Origin: Verrucomicrobiota bacterium
GTDB taxonomy: Bacteria > Verrucomicrobiota > Verrucomicrobiia > Limisphaerales > SIBE01
DNA: 44,117 bases
Reading direction: 5' to 3'
Assembly (NCBI GenBank): GCA_016190065.1
Contig: JACPRI010000298.1
Coordinates: forward strand, 1-44,117
In this document: positions 35,930 to 44,117 of the stretch, piece by piece
Layout of the letters: each line of letters begins with the position of its first letter
Position numbering within the stretch: the first letter of the stretch is position 1
The notes under the pieces: model-generated
Databases searched by the model: none
Told to the model about the DNA's origin: nothing
What the model saw: only the letters and a program-made list of their open reading frames with translations
Program-made: the position numbers and the translations under genes

Positions 35930-38900
35930 ATGACATTCCTCACACTGATTGACTTCACCAGCGGGCTGCTCCGGGTGTCGTTACAGGCCTCGGTTGTGAT
36001 CGGGCTGGTTTTGCTGGCGCAATGGTTGTTCCGGAACAAGCTTTCGCCCCGGTGGCGGTATGCGTTATGGATGGTGGTGTTGCTTCGCCTGGCGTTGCCG
36101 GTTTTGCCAGGGAGTCCGTTCAGCATTTTCAATTATACCCAAGGCGTGGGCATGTTCGCCCGCCGCACCGACGCCTCCGGGGGTGCGCGGCCCGAATTGT
36201 CCGTTCCTGCTCCAACGCCATCCATCCCCGCTCTGACTCCCGCGACGGATGAACGGCTCGCAAACACTTCGAGCCGTGACACGGGTTCCAGGAACCTCGA
36301 TCCAGGCGCGTTGACCGGGGCGAGCGCAGGAACCGCGGCGGGAGAGGAAAAATCGGCGGACCTGGCTGTCCCCGCTGCAAAGCGCTCACGCTCCACGCTC
36401 CCCACGCTCCACGTGTTCCTCTCCTCGCTCTGGCTGACCGGCGTTCTGTTACTGGCCGCACGAATTCTCTCATACCCGAGGCGGCTCAACGCGCAATTGG
36501 CGCAGCACGAGTCGCCGACCCCGCCGGCGCTCTTCGAGGTATTGGAAGAGTCCAAGCGCCTCATCGGGGTCAAGCAGGTGCTGCCAATCGTGCAAAGCGG
36601 CGCGGTGAAAAGTCCGGCATTGCTGGGCTTCATTCGGCCCTGGCTGCTGTTGCCGGAAGGCATGGCGGACCGATTCACGCCGCAGGAATTGCGCCTGGTG
36701 TTCTTGCATGAGTTGGCCCATCTGAAACGCCGCGACATCGCGGTCAACTGGCTGATGACGCTCCTGCAAATCTTGCACTGGTTCAATCCGCTCATCTGGT
36801 TCGCATTTGCCCGCATGCGCGCCGACCGCGAATTGGCCTGCGATGAACTGGCGCTGTCGCACGCACCCGAAGCCGATCGTCAGCCTTACGGGGAGGCCAT
36901 GATCAAACTGTTGGAAAGTTTCACACGCCCCGCGGCCGTCGCCGGCCTGGTGGGCATCCTCGAAGACAAACAACAAATGAAACGGAGAATTGGTATGATA
37001 GCACGGTTTGATGGAGCAATCCGTTGGTCCGCCGTGATTCCTCTTGGGCTGGCGCTCTTACTGGGAATCGTCGGCTTGACGGATGCTCAAACGGATGAGC
37101 AGCGGAAAGACGCGACACCGGAAAAGCCGGTTTCAGCGGTAGTGGTCCGACAAGTTTGGGCGCCAGCCCAGGCTACCGGCGGTACCATCAGCTCGCACGG
37201 GCGCTATCTCTCCTTTTCGGATCCGGAGTCGGGCGACGTGGCCGTTCGAGACTTGACCACGGGAAAGAACCGACGACTCACCGGCAAGGGGTCGTGGGAC
37301 AAATCAAACGAGTTTGCTGACGAAACAGTATTTGCACCTGACGGAAAACGGCTGGCGTATTCATGGTACGACGGCCAGAAATTCTTCGAGTTGCGCACTA
37401 TTTCCCTTGATGATCCCCAACCGCGTGTCCTCGCCAAGGACAACTCGTTTGATGTCTGGGACTGGTCGCCGGACGGCAAGAGCATCCTCGCCACGAGTTG
37501 GGGAGACTATCAAACAAAAGGTAGCCAGTTACTTCTAGTAACCGCTGAGGACGGTGCTATGCGGATGATCAAGTCATTTCGTGGCTCCGGACCCTGGAAT
37601 GCCAAGTTCTCGCCGGACGGGCGTTTTCTAGCGGTTTCCTACAGAAATGATAAATCGGTGGATATTGCGCTCCTCAATATGGAGAACGGGACCGAGCTGC
37701 CGCTCGTGCAGCATCCGGCTGAGGATTTAGTCGTCGGTTGGACTCCGGACGGGGCAAGCGTTTTATTCGTGAGCAATCGGCGCGGGGCGAAGGATCTCTG
37801 GAGCATTGACGTTGAGGAAGGCAGAGCCAAAGGACTCCCGGTTCTGCTAAAGGCGGACTTCGGCGATGTCCATGTTCTTGGGATATCTCAACAGGGCCAG
37901 TTGTGGTACGGCGTCTCGCGGAACTCCGACAACGCAATGGCGGTTCTGGAAATCGATTTCCCAACCGGGAAAGCAAGATCAGGCTTGCGTCAAATCGCGC
38001 ATCCAGCCAACCACTTTCTGCGTGGAATGGCCTTGTCGCCGAATGGGCGCTATTTGGCATTTGCGGCGACCGAGACGCGCAGCGGACCTCCAAAGCAAAA
38101 ATTGTTCGTTCTCGACTTGGAGACCCGCATTCAGCGGGAGGTGACCAACCAAGTTCACCTGGGACGCTGGCTCGCGGACAATCGAACAATCTTTCGAAGA
38201 ATTGGTGCGCCTGGCAAACGCGAGGAACTTTCGTTGCTCGACACCGAGAAGGGTGAAGTCACAGAACTCGGAGGCGACGAGCACGGACCCTGGCCAGGGA
38301 TCGGACGGACGGGTAATTTCATGTTCAATTCCACCGAGCAAGCCCTTCTTTACGTGTGCTGGAGTTCCAAACGGCAAGCCTTTATGGCAAAACGCCGTGA
38401 TCTCCGAACCGGTGACACGATCGAAACCGTCGTAGCAACCGCGCCGGAACCTGACACAGAATACAGTTTTGACATCACCAGCGACCTGAAATCTGTGTTC
38501 TACTCCGCAAACCCAAAGGAAAAATCGTCCGAACGCCCCAGCCGGATATTCCGCTGCGTTCTTGAAACAGAGACGACGGTCGAATGGATGCGTTCCACGA
38601 ATTATCTCAACGCATTCCCTTCGCCAAATCCTTCGCGAATCGCCGTTGCAGAAGCGCCGACCTATTGGGAACGAAACATACGGCTCTACTCTCTGGAAGC
38701 GAATCCTCCCCGGGAACTCTGGACCGCGCATGTGCCACCTCCAGTGGTAGTTTACGGTTGGACTCCGGATGGACAGTATTTGATCTGCCGGGGGCCGGGG
38801 ACGGATGACCACGCTGCAAAGATTGATCCAAATCCGATAACTTTGGTTTCGGCCTCAGGACAGGTAACAAGAACCGACGTCAAGATTCCCCAAATGGGCT

Positions 38901-39019
38901 ATATCGCTGCAGTCCACCCGCACGCTGGCCAAATCTTCATGATACTCCGCGAGCCGCCGGTCCGGGAAATATGGGTCATGGAAAACTTTCTGCCTAAAGG
39001 CAAAATGGCGGCGAAGTGA
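35930..39019 (+). CDS. BlaR1-type M56 metallopeptidase fused to an extracytoplasmic TolB-like beta-propeller sensor
   Basis: SPALLGF..P.LLLP, HELAH.KR.D, HWFNP..W, DRELACD; then repeated (W/F)(S/T)PDG blades; ends WVMENFLPKGKMAAK. Confidence 0.92.
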   Translation: MTFLTLIDFTSGLLRVSLQASVVIGLVLLAQWLFRNKLSPRWRYALWMVVLLRLALPVLPGSPFSIFNYTQGVGMFARRTDASGGARPELSVPAPTPSIPALTPATDERLANTSSRDTGSRNLDPGALTGASAGTAAGEEKSADLAVPAAKRSRSTLPTLHVFLSSLWLTGVLLLAARILSYPRRLNAQLAQHESPTPPALFEVLEESKRLIGVKQVLPIVQSGAVKSPALLGFIRPWLLLPEGMADRFTPQELRLVFLHELAHLKRRDIAVNWLMTLLQILHWFNPLIWFAFARMRADRELACDELALSHAPEADRQPYGEAMIKLLESFTRPAAVAGLVGILEDKQQMKRRIGMIARFDGAIRWSAVIPLGLALLLGIVGLTDAQTDEQRKDATPEKPVSAVVVRQVWAPAQATGGTISSHGRYLSFSDPESGDVAVRDLTTGKNRRLTGKGSWDKSNEFADETVFAPDGKRLAYSWYDGQKFFELRTISLDDPQPRVLAKDNSFDVWDWSPDGKSILATSWGDYQTKGSQLLLVTAEDGAMRMIKSFRGSGPWNAKFSPDGRFLAVSYRNDKSVDIALLNMENGTELPLVQHPAEDLVVGWTPDGASVLFVSNRRGAKDLWSIDVEEGRAKGLPVLLKADFGDVHVLGISQQGQLWYGVSRNSDNAMAVLEIDFPTGKARSGLRQIAHPANHFLRGMALSPNGRYLAFAATETRSGPPKQKLFVLDLETRIQREVTNQVHLGRWLADNRTIFRRIGAPGKREELSLLDTEKGEVTELGGDEHGPWPGIGRTGNFMFNSTEQALLYVCWSSKRQAFMAKRRDLRTGDTIETVVATAPEPDTEYSFDITSDLKSVFYSANPKEKSSERPSRIFRCVLETETTVEWMRSTNYLNAFPSPNPSRIAVAEAPTYWERNIRLYSLEANPPRELWTAHVPPPVVVYGWTPDGQYLICRGPGTDDHAAKIDPNPITLVSASGQVTRTDVKIPQMGYIAAVHPHAGQIFMILREPPVREIWVMENFLPKGKMAAK

Positions 39020-39084
39020 GCCGGTCGCCTCGTCTTCGCCAGTCACGTCAACTCGCGGACCGCAGTCCACTGCGGAAGAATTGA

Positions 39085-39150
39085 GCGCGGCTTACGCGGA
39101 TGGGCACGGAGAAGAGGCTTTATCCGCGTCATCCGCGCGATCCGCGGTTG
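39085..39150. repeat. CGCGG/ATCCGCG oligomer inverted repeat
   Basis: CGCGGCTTACGCGGATGGGCACGGA ... ATCCGCGTCATCCGCGCGATCCGCGG. Confidence 0.65.
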
Positions 39151-39171
39151 AAACCGAGGGCTTGCGGCACA

Positions 39172-39327
39172 CGGCGAACCGGAAGCCTCGGTTTGGAAAT
39201 GGAAGAACTTCGGGAACCGGTCATCGCTCTGGACGGCAAGAATATCGCCTTCACCGCAGGAGGCATTAAGAGCGAGGTATGGGTCATGGAGAATTTCTGG
39301 CCCAAGGAAAAAGTGGCCGCGAAATAA
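39172..39327 (+). pseudogene. Orphan 3' end of a BlaR1-propeller gene
   Basis: ..SLGLEMEELREPVIALDGKNIAFTAGGIKSEVWVMENFWPKEKVAAK*, homologous to 38972-39019 and about 43720-43875. Confidence 0.85.
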
Positions 39328-39520
39328 GTGCTCCGAACGAGAGTTGGCGATAAGGACCGAGTATGCAGCGACTCCGTAAACACCATTGCGTCGCTCCAGA
39401 GTCGTCATGGTAGGAATCCGAATCGCTAGATAACAACGACAGCTCAATTCGTAGATGGTGAGGCGTGAGAACTCGATAATGGAATTTGCGCCCCATTTCA
39501 ATTCCGGCTAGAGTTGGCTA

Positions 39521-39730
39521 ATGACGGCTGCGAAAGTCATTGAGGAGATCTTGCATCTTCCGCGTGAAGAACAATCACGAGTCCTGGAATTTGCTTTCGA
39601 ACTCGCGCGAAAACGCCAGCTTTCGGGGAAGGAGTTATCCGCATTGGCGCAACGGATGGTGGATTCAGACGACCCTGCTGAAGTGGAAAGACTGAAGTCC
39701 GAAATCACCCGTGGATTTTACGGCGATTGA
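39521..39730 (+). CDS. Small hypothetical protein, antitoxin-like first gene of a pair
   Basis: 69 aa helical; MT...VIEEI..LP.EEQ..V start; abuts the next ORF. Confidence 0.7.
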   Translation: MTAAKVIEEILHLPREEQSRVLEFAFELARKRQLSGKELSALAQRMVDSDDPAEVERLKSEITRGFYGD

Positions 39731-39975
39731 CCGTGCCGCGTGTTCGGCGACAGAATCTCCCGCGGGACCTCTGGGCGCACCTGTTGGAGCGCATCAAGAG
39801 CCGGCACATTTCCGTTGATCAACTTGGGCTGCTGGCTGACTGGCTGGCAACAGAGCCCGACGTTCCTCAGGGAAAATGGTTCAAGAGATTTCCCGGGATG
39901 ATCGTGTGTGGCGAGGGCGAATTGATCAGAACTTTTCTTCAGATCGGGCAAACTGCGGTCGGTGAAGAATTGTAG
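39727..39975 (+). CDS. Small hypothetical protein, second gene of a TA-like pair (start 39727 or 39733)
   Basis: About 80 aa; HLLERI..R.I...L..WL...P.VP.G.WFK.F....CGEG...TFL; coupled to the upstream gene. Confidence 0.7.
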   Translation: MTVPRVRRQNLPRDLWAHLLERIKSRHISVDQLGLLADWLATEPDVPQGKWFKRFPGMIVCGEGELIRTFLQIGQTAVGEEL

Positions 39976-40034
39976 TGAATCAAATCATCGTCTCCGGTCA
40001 GTGACGACGAGAGAAATTGGAACTGTTTGAGGTC

Positions 40035-40446
40035 CTTCGCTCCCTCTCGAACAAGTTCTCCCCTCACGGACATTGGATTGTTTATGATCAGCCTCAAACC
40101 AAGGGGAAGCTCGAACCCGACTTGTATCTGCCCGCAACGCATGGCTCCAGGGAAGTCTCCCGAGTGCAGGGTCTGGCCAACGATCGCGTCATCGGCCGTT
40201 TTCCCAGGCATCCTTGCTTCCGAGTAGGCGCGGGAAGGGAAATCATCTTATTGCGAGCACCAGTCCGTCCTGGTGCGACGCGAGCTCGACGCCGGCGCGG
40301 AAACCAAAGTTCACATTGGTCCAGACAAGTATCGGAGCTTTCCTTCGCCCGATGGCCGGCACATCGCGTTCACCGCCGGCACCTGGAAACACGAGCGGTG
40401 GGTGATGGAGAACTTTTTGCCGGAAGAGAAGGTGGCGGCAAAGTGA
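40035..40446 (+). pseudogene. Internally deleted relic of another BlaR1-propeller gene
   Basis: KFSPHGHWIVYD..DLYL.A..GSREV..VQ..ANDRVIG aligns to about 37600-37750; another frame gives GAETKVH..PSPDGRHIAFTAG..WVMENFLPEEKVAAK* (TGA 40444-40446). Confidence 0.8.
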
Positions 40447-40466
40447 ACACGGCAATTGGAAGTTAT

Positions 40467-40709
40467 TTACCGCAGCCGGGAGAGCTTGGCGCGTTCTTCG
40501 AGCCGCTTGGCGCGGCGGAATTCCTGGTAAGGACCACGCAACGCTTCTTCGAGCTGTGGCCGAGACAGCCTGGGCCCAACGCCGCGAGCGATCGCCTGGT
40601 CCAGCAATTCGTGGAAGCGGATCAGGAGCGCGTCGTGTTAAGTCTTGGCGCAAGTGTCCAGGTCGAATTTGGCCTGGAGCACCGCTTCCAGTTCAGGATT
40701 CCTCGACAT
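40467..40709 (-). pseudogene. 80-codon gene with one internal TAA (40638-40640); absent from the ORF track
   Basis: MSRNPELEAVLQAKFDLDTCAKT*HDALLIRFHELLDQAIARG..QLEEALRGPYQEFRRAKRLEERAKLSRLR*; ATG overlaps the end of the upstream gene. Confidence 0.6.
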
Positions 40710-41112
40710 TGAACACGGCCTTCAAGATCTCACGGCGACGCTCCGGCGAGAGGGTGTTCTGATGCCACATCCGATCGTCAATACGCAGGTTCTCGATGGC
40801 CGCTTCCACGTCGGCCAACTTAAAGCTAACGACTCCTTCCGGCAGCCCCCCTTTCCCCTGGACCTCCGTCACCAGACGCTCACCTTCGGCGGTCAGACTG
40901 GAGATCCACGTGCGATGTTGGCGCAGATCGTCCGGCGTCGGATCGTGGAGGTAAAGGTGTTCATCTTCGGCGAGTCGGAACAAGTCCACGGCCTTGAACC
41001 AGGCGACGAGGTCTTCGACCAGCGAGGTGCGCCCGTTCAGGAAGTCGCGCGCGTTTTGGTCGATGACCAAACCAACGGCTTGCCAGCGGGGCGGTTCCAG
41101 CACTTCAGGCAT
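40693..41112 (-). CDS. Hypothetical protein (139 aa), first gene of a two-gene pair
   Basis: Acidic helical ORF from MPEVLEPP; the longer ORF extension runs over the BlaI operator and is unlikely to be coding. Confidence 0.7.
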   Translation of the reverse strand: MPEVLEPPRWQAVGLVIDQNARDFLNGRTSLVEDLVAWFKAVDLFRLAEDEHLYLHDPTPDDLRQHRTWISSLTAEGERLVTEVQGKGGLPEGVVSFKLADVEAAIENLRIDDRMWHQNTLSPERRREILKAVFNVEES

Positions 41113-41359
41113 GGCCTTAGAATGCCTCAATCTCAGCCCGAGGGTCAAACCTCGCAAACTTGGCCCATTCTCTTGAATCGCCTTTTCGCATGCACAACGG
41201 TCTCGGTAAGAAAGGAGGACAACGGGGTCGGTGAGGCCGAGGATGCGCGCCTCCGCGTCGGGCCTCTGGCTGAGGGTTCCGCGACGTGTGCTCTCCGCAA
41301 TGTTCCGACCTCGGCAATGGCGCATCCGCGGCTCGCTCGAAGAAATGGTTAAAAAGTTG

Positions 41360-41407
41360 TTGACACATGCTACGCGTGTAGCATACATGTGCTACATGCG
41401 TAGCATG
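41360..41407 (+). promoter_or_regulatory. TTGACA -35 plus a double BlaI-type operator forming a 42-bp palindrome
   Basis: TTGACA 41360-41365; ATGCTAC-GCGT-GTAGCAT (41367-41384) and TGCTAC-ATGC-GTAGCA (41390-41405). Confidence 0.85.
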
Positions 41408-41412
41408 AACCT

Positions 41413-41787
41413 ATGAAACACCCCATCAAAATCTCCCAAGCCGAATGGGAAGTCATGACGGTCGCCTGGAAGAAATCGCCCGTCGCCGCCAGCGAAATCG
41501 TCGGGCAACTGGCCCCGAAAAACAATTGGCATCCGCGAACGATCCGCACTTTGCTGGCCCGGTTGGTGGGCAAAAGGGCGTTGCGCGCCGCGCGGGACGG
41601 CAAGCGCTACCTTTACGAACCGAAAGTCACGATGGAGGAATGCGTGCAGCACGAGAGCCGCTCGTTCCTCGAGCGCGTCTTCGGCGGGGCGCCGGCCTCC
41701 ATGCTGATCAATCTGGTCAAGCACGCGGAGCTGAGGCCCGAGGAAATCCAACAACTCAAAAGAATTCTTTCAGAAAAGGAGAAATGA
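41413..41787 (+). CDS. BlaI/MecI/CopY family repressor (second copy)
   Basis: ISQAEWEVM...W, WHPRTIRTLLARLV.K, YLYEP, FLERVFGG. Confidence 0.95.
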   Translation: MKHPIKISQAEWEVMTVAWKKSPVAASEIVGQLAPKNNWHPRTIRTLLARLVGKRALRAARDGKRYLYEPKVTMEECVQHESRSFLERVFGGAPASMLINLVKHAELRPEEIQQLKRILSEKEK

Positions 41788-44117
41788 TCATGGAGACTCT
41801 GAATGCCGTTTTCGCTTGGCTGCTGCGCACCTCCTGGCAGGCGTCGGTGCTGGCCGGTCTGGTGCTGCTGGTCCAATGGCTGTTCCGCAACAAGCTCTCG
41901 CCGGGTTGGCGCTTTGCCTTGTGAAGATTGCAAACAGTGCATGAACCTGCGGACACCCCTCACGGTCATCGAGACACCCGAAGTGAAAAGCCCGGCCCTC
42001 TATGGGTTCGTCCGGCCCCGGCTGGTTCTGCCGCAAGGGACGCTCGCGGCCTTCACTCGGCAGGAGTTGCATTACATCTTTCTGCACGAGCTGGCCCACG
42101 TGAAACGCTGTGACATGGCCGTGAACTGGCTGATCAGCGGCCTGCGCGTGCTCCACTGGTTCAATCCGATCCTCTGGTTTGGTTTCCGGCGTATGGCGGC
42201 CGACCGGGAAGTGGCCGCCGATGCTTTGGCCCTGTCGCGCGCGCCCGATGGCGACCCGCAGCCTTATGGACAAACCATCATCAAACTTTTGGAAAGCTTT
42301 ACCCGCCCGGCCGTGCTGCCGGGTTTGGTCGGAATTTTGGAAGACAAACAACAAATGAAAAGGAGAATTGCTATGATCGCAAATTCAAAAAAACTGCGCC
42401 GTGGCCCGCCTTGGCACCCGTGCTTTTGCTGGCGCTGGGTTTGGTCAGTCTGACCGACGCACAAACGAAGAACGCGGAGTCCAAGAGCGACGCCACCAAA
42501 ACCGCTGAGCATTCCGCGGCAACATTGGCGGGCCCAACACTTCGGCAACTTCAGTTGCCGGAGGATTTCAACTTTCAAGAAGGCGGCGTGTCGCCGGATG
42601 GACGTTACTTCGTTGGAGAGAACTGGCCATCAATGCGGCCAGAAATTCCAATCTTATCCGTGCTTGAGCTTGCCACGGGCACCCAACGACACATCGGCAC
42701 AAATCTCCTTGGGGGCATTTTCTCGCCCGACGGGAAACAAGTCGTAAGCGTGCCGTTGGCAACGAAGCGGCCTCCCAATGAACTTGCGCTCGTTAATGTT
42801 GAAACCAGTGAGCGACGCTCGTTTTACCGGAACGAGAACCTCAAGTCGATCTGGCCGATGGATTGGTCGCCGGATGGTCGGTCGGTTCTCACTCAGCTTT
42901 TGAAAAAAGACGGGACCTGGCAAATTGGATTACTCTCCGCAACCGAGATGTGTATGTCGCCGAGCTTGACCCCGGTTCTGGGAAGGTTACGGGAACACCC
43001 ACAAAACTGAGCGAACGCTTCGAAGGTCACAACCAGATGCCAGACTGGTCGCCCGATGGACGGTTTATCGCATATATCTCGATGCGCGGAGCAGACCAGT
43101 CTTACGGCGTACTCTGCATCCGTGATATGGAATCCGGCACGGAGCGAGATGTGCAGTCCGACACCGGTCCCGTGGCTCATCCGCGCTGGTCGCCTGATGG
43201 GCGATATGTTTTTGCGCGGGGCTACAGCCAGGGCCGAGCCACGCTGCTTCGTATCGACGTGCAGTCGGGCAAATCAACCCTCGTGCTCCGCGAATCCGCG
43301 CTGAACTATGCCCCCAGCCCTTTCGAGTTGGCCGCAGACGGAAAGTCGTTCTACTACCAGCCCGCCTCCCTGAAGGGATTCAGTAACCTCGGCTCGCCAA
43401 TAGTTCGCCATGATATGGAATCGGGTGCGGAGACGCGAATCCACCCCGCAACCAATTCCTGGATGGCACCGTGGGCGCCATCGCCGGACGGCAAATCGAT
43501 TGCTTTTCGCGGTGCCTGGGGAAAACGGAGCTTTGACGAAACATTCGATCTCAACGTGATCTCGACAAGTGGAGGCGAACCACGCGTGTTGCTAAAGGCT
43601 TCTGGAGTAAATCCTCGCTCAGCATTGGCTTGGACGCGCGACGGTCGTTATGTGCTGTTTGCCAAAAGGCTTGGTCCTGGCGCGAAGGTTTCTCTATTGC
43701 GTGTGCCGGCATCTGGCGGTGAACCGGAAAGCCTGGGCTTGGAAATGGAAGCCATTGGCGACCTGCGTGTCTCTCCGAACGGGCGCCAACTCGCATTCAT
43801 CGCCGGCCGACCCAATAACAAACTTCAAGTCTGGATCATGGAAAATTTTTTGCCGGCCAAACAGTCCGCCGCGCGCGAAGCGGGGGCCGAAGAGAGACCA
43901 GGCGAAAAGTCCGAGGCGTCTTCTCGAAAAAGCTCTGAGCCATCCGCGGCCAAAGCGGCAGGTTTAACGCTGCGGAAGCTGACTGAAGGAGGAACCACTT
44001 ACGGGAACAGCCATCCTTCCCCGGATGGACGTTACATCCTTATGCCCTGGCAAAATTCCATGGCGCTCCTCGATGTGACGACTGGAGAGCAACGCGAATT
44101 CGGACCGAATCTTGATG
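41784..44117 (+). pseudogene. Disrupted BlaR1-type M56 + beta-propeller gene, continuing past the window end
   Basis: Starts MIMETLN (ATGA overlap with blaI); deletion/frameshift at about 41922, -1 frameshift at about 42380, deletion/frameshift at about 42945; HELAHVKR.D retained; the last frame is open to 44117 and starts a second propeller after WIMENFLP. Confidence 0.85.

Noticed and set aside
35930-39019. Beta-lactam resistance (bla/mec) locus
   Set aside because: The sensor is a beta-propeller rather than a penicillin-binding domain, and no beta-lactamase or PBP gene is nearby
41922-41924. TGA early in the second blaR1 gene as a fourth Sec codon
   Set aside because: It aligns to Trp, not Cys; the homologous sequence resumes in another frame after a large deletion, and no GGUC hairpin follows
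38972-43880. Diversity-generating retroelement or integron explaining the repeated 3' ends
   Set aside because: Differences between copies are not confined to adenines, and no reverse transcriptase, integrase or attC-like sites are visible in the window
1-44117. Genome-wide UGA reassignment (genetic code 4 or 25)
   Set aside because: Many intact genes end in TGA at their expected C-termini (4032, 5294, 7830, 8981, 35040, 35910), some with ATGA overlaps, and Trp is encoded by TGG

Overview
High-GC bacterial DNA whose protein families (Ig/PA14 surface proteins ending in a '..STDL..W..F(F/Y)R' domain, CRTAC1/FG-GAP, DUF1080, BlaI/M56 pairs) suggest a Pedosphaera/Limisphaerales-like Verrucomicrobium (inference). 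The left third carries metabolic and transport genes (aspartyl protease, DUF1080, Gfo/Idh/MocA, EamA, homocysteine S-methyltransferase, ROK, mog-moaC-panB, MFS). The strongest signal is three thioredoxin-fold (TlpA/redoxin) genes within about 4 kb (13206-17542). The ORF track splits each at an in-frame TGA that replaces the first Cys of CxxC (W-U-G-A-C, W-U-G-S-C, W-U-G-P-C), and each TGA is followed by a hairpin with the same C[GGUC]G apical loop. They are candidate exported selenoproteins with bacterial SECIS elements; two carry a putative surface-sorting C-terminal domain. Next to them is a cluster of secreted beta-propeller proteins, three with CxxCH motifs, plus a large PA14/Ig/ConA-like protein. 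The right end holds two BlaI-BlaR1(M56) modules with variable beta-propeller sensor domains, orphan 3' gene ends and small TA-like gene pairs. Most intergenic gaps, and several CDSs, contain short palindromic or oligomer repeats. No database search was run; family names come from motif recognition.
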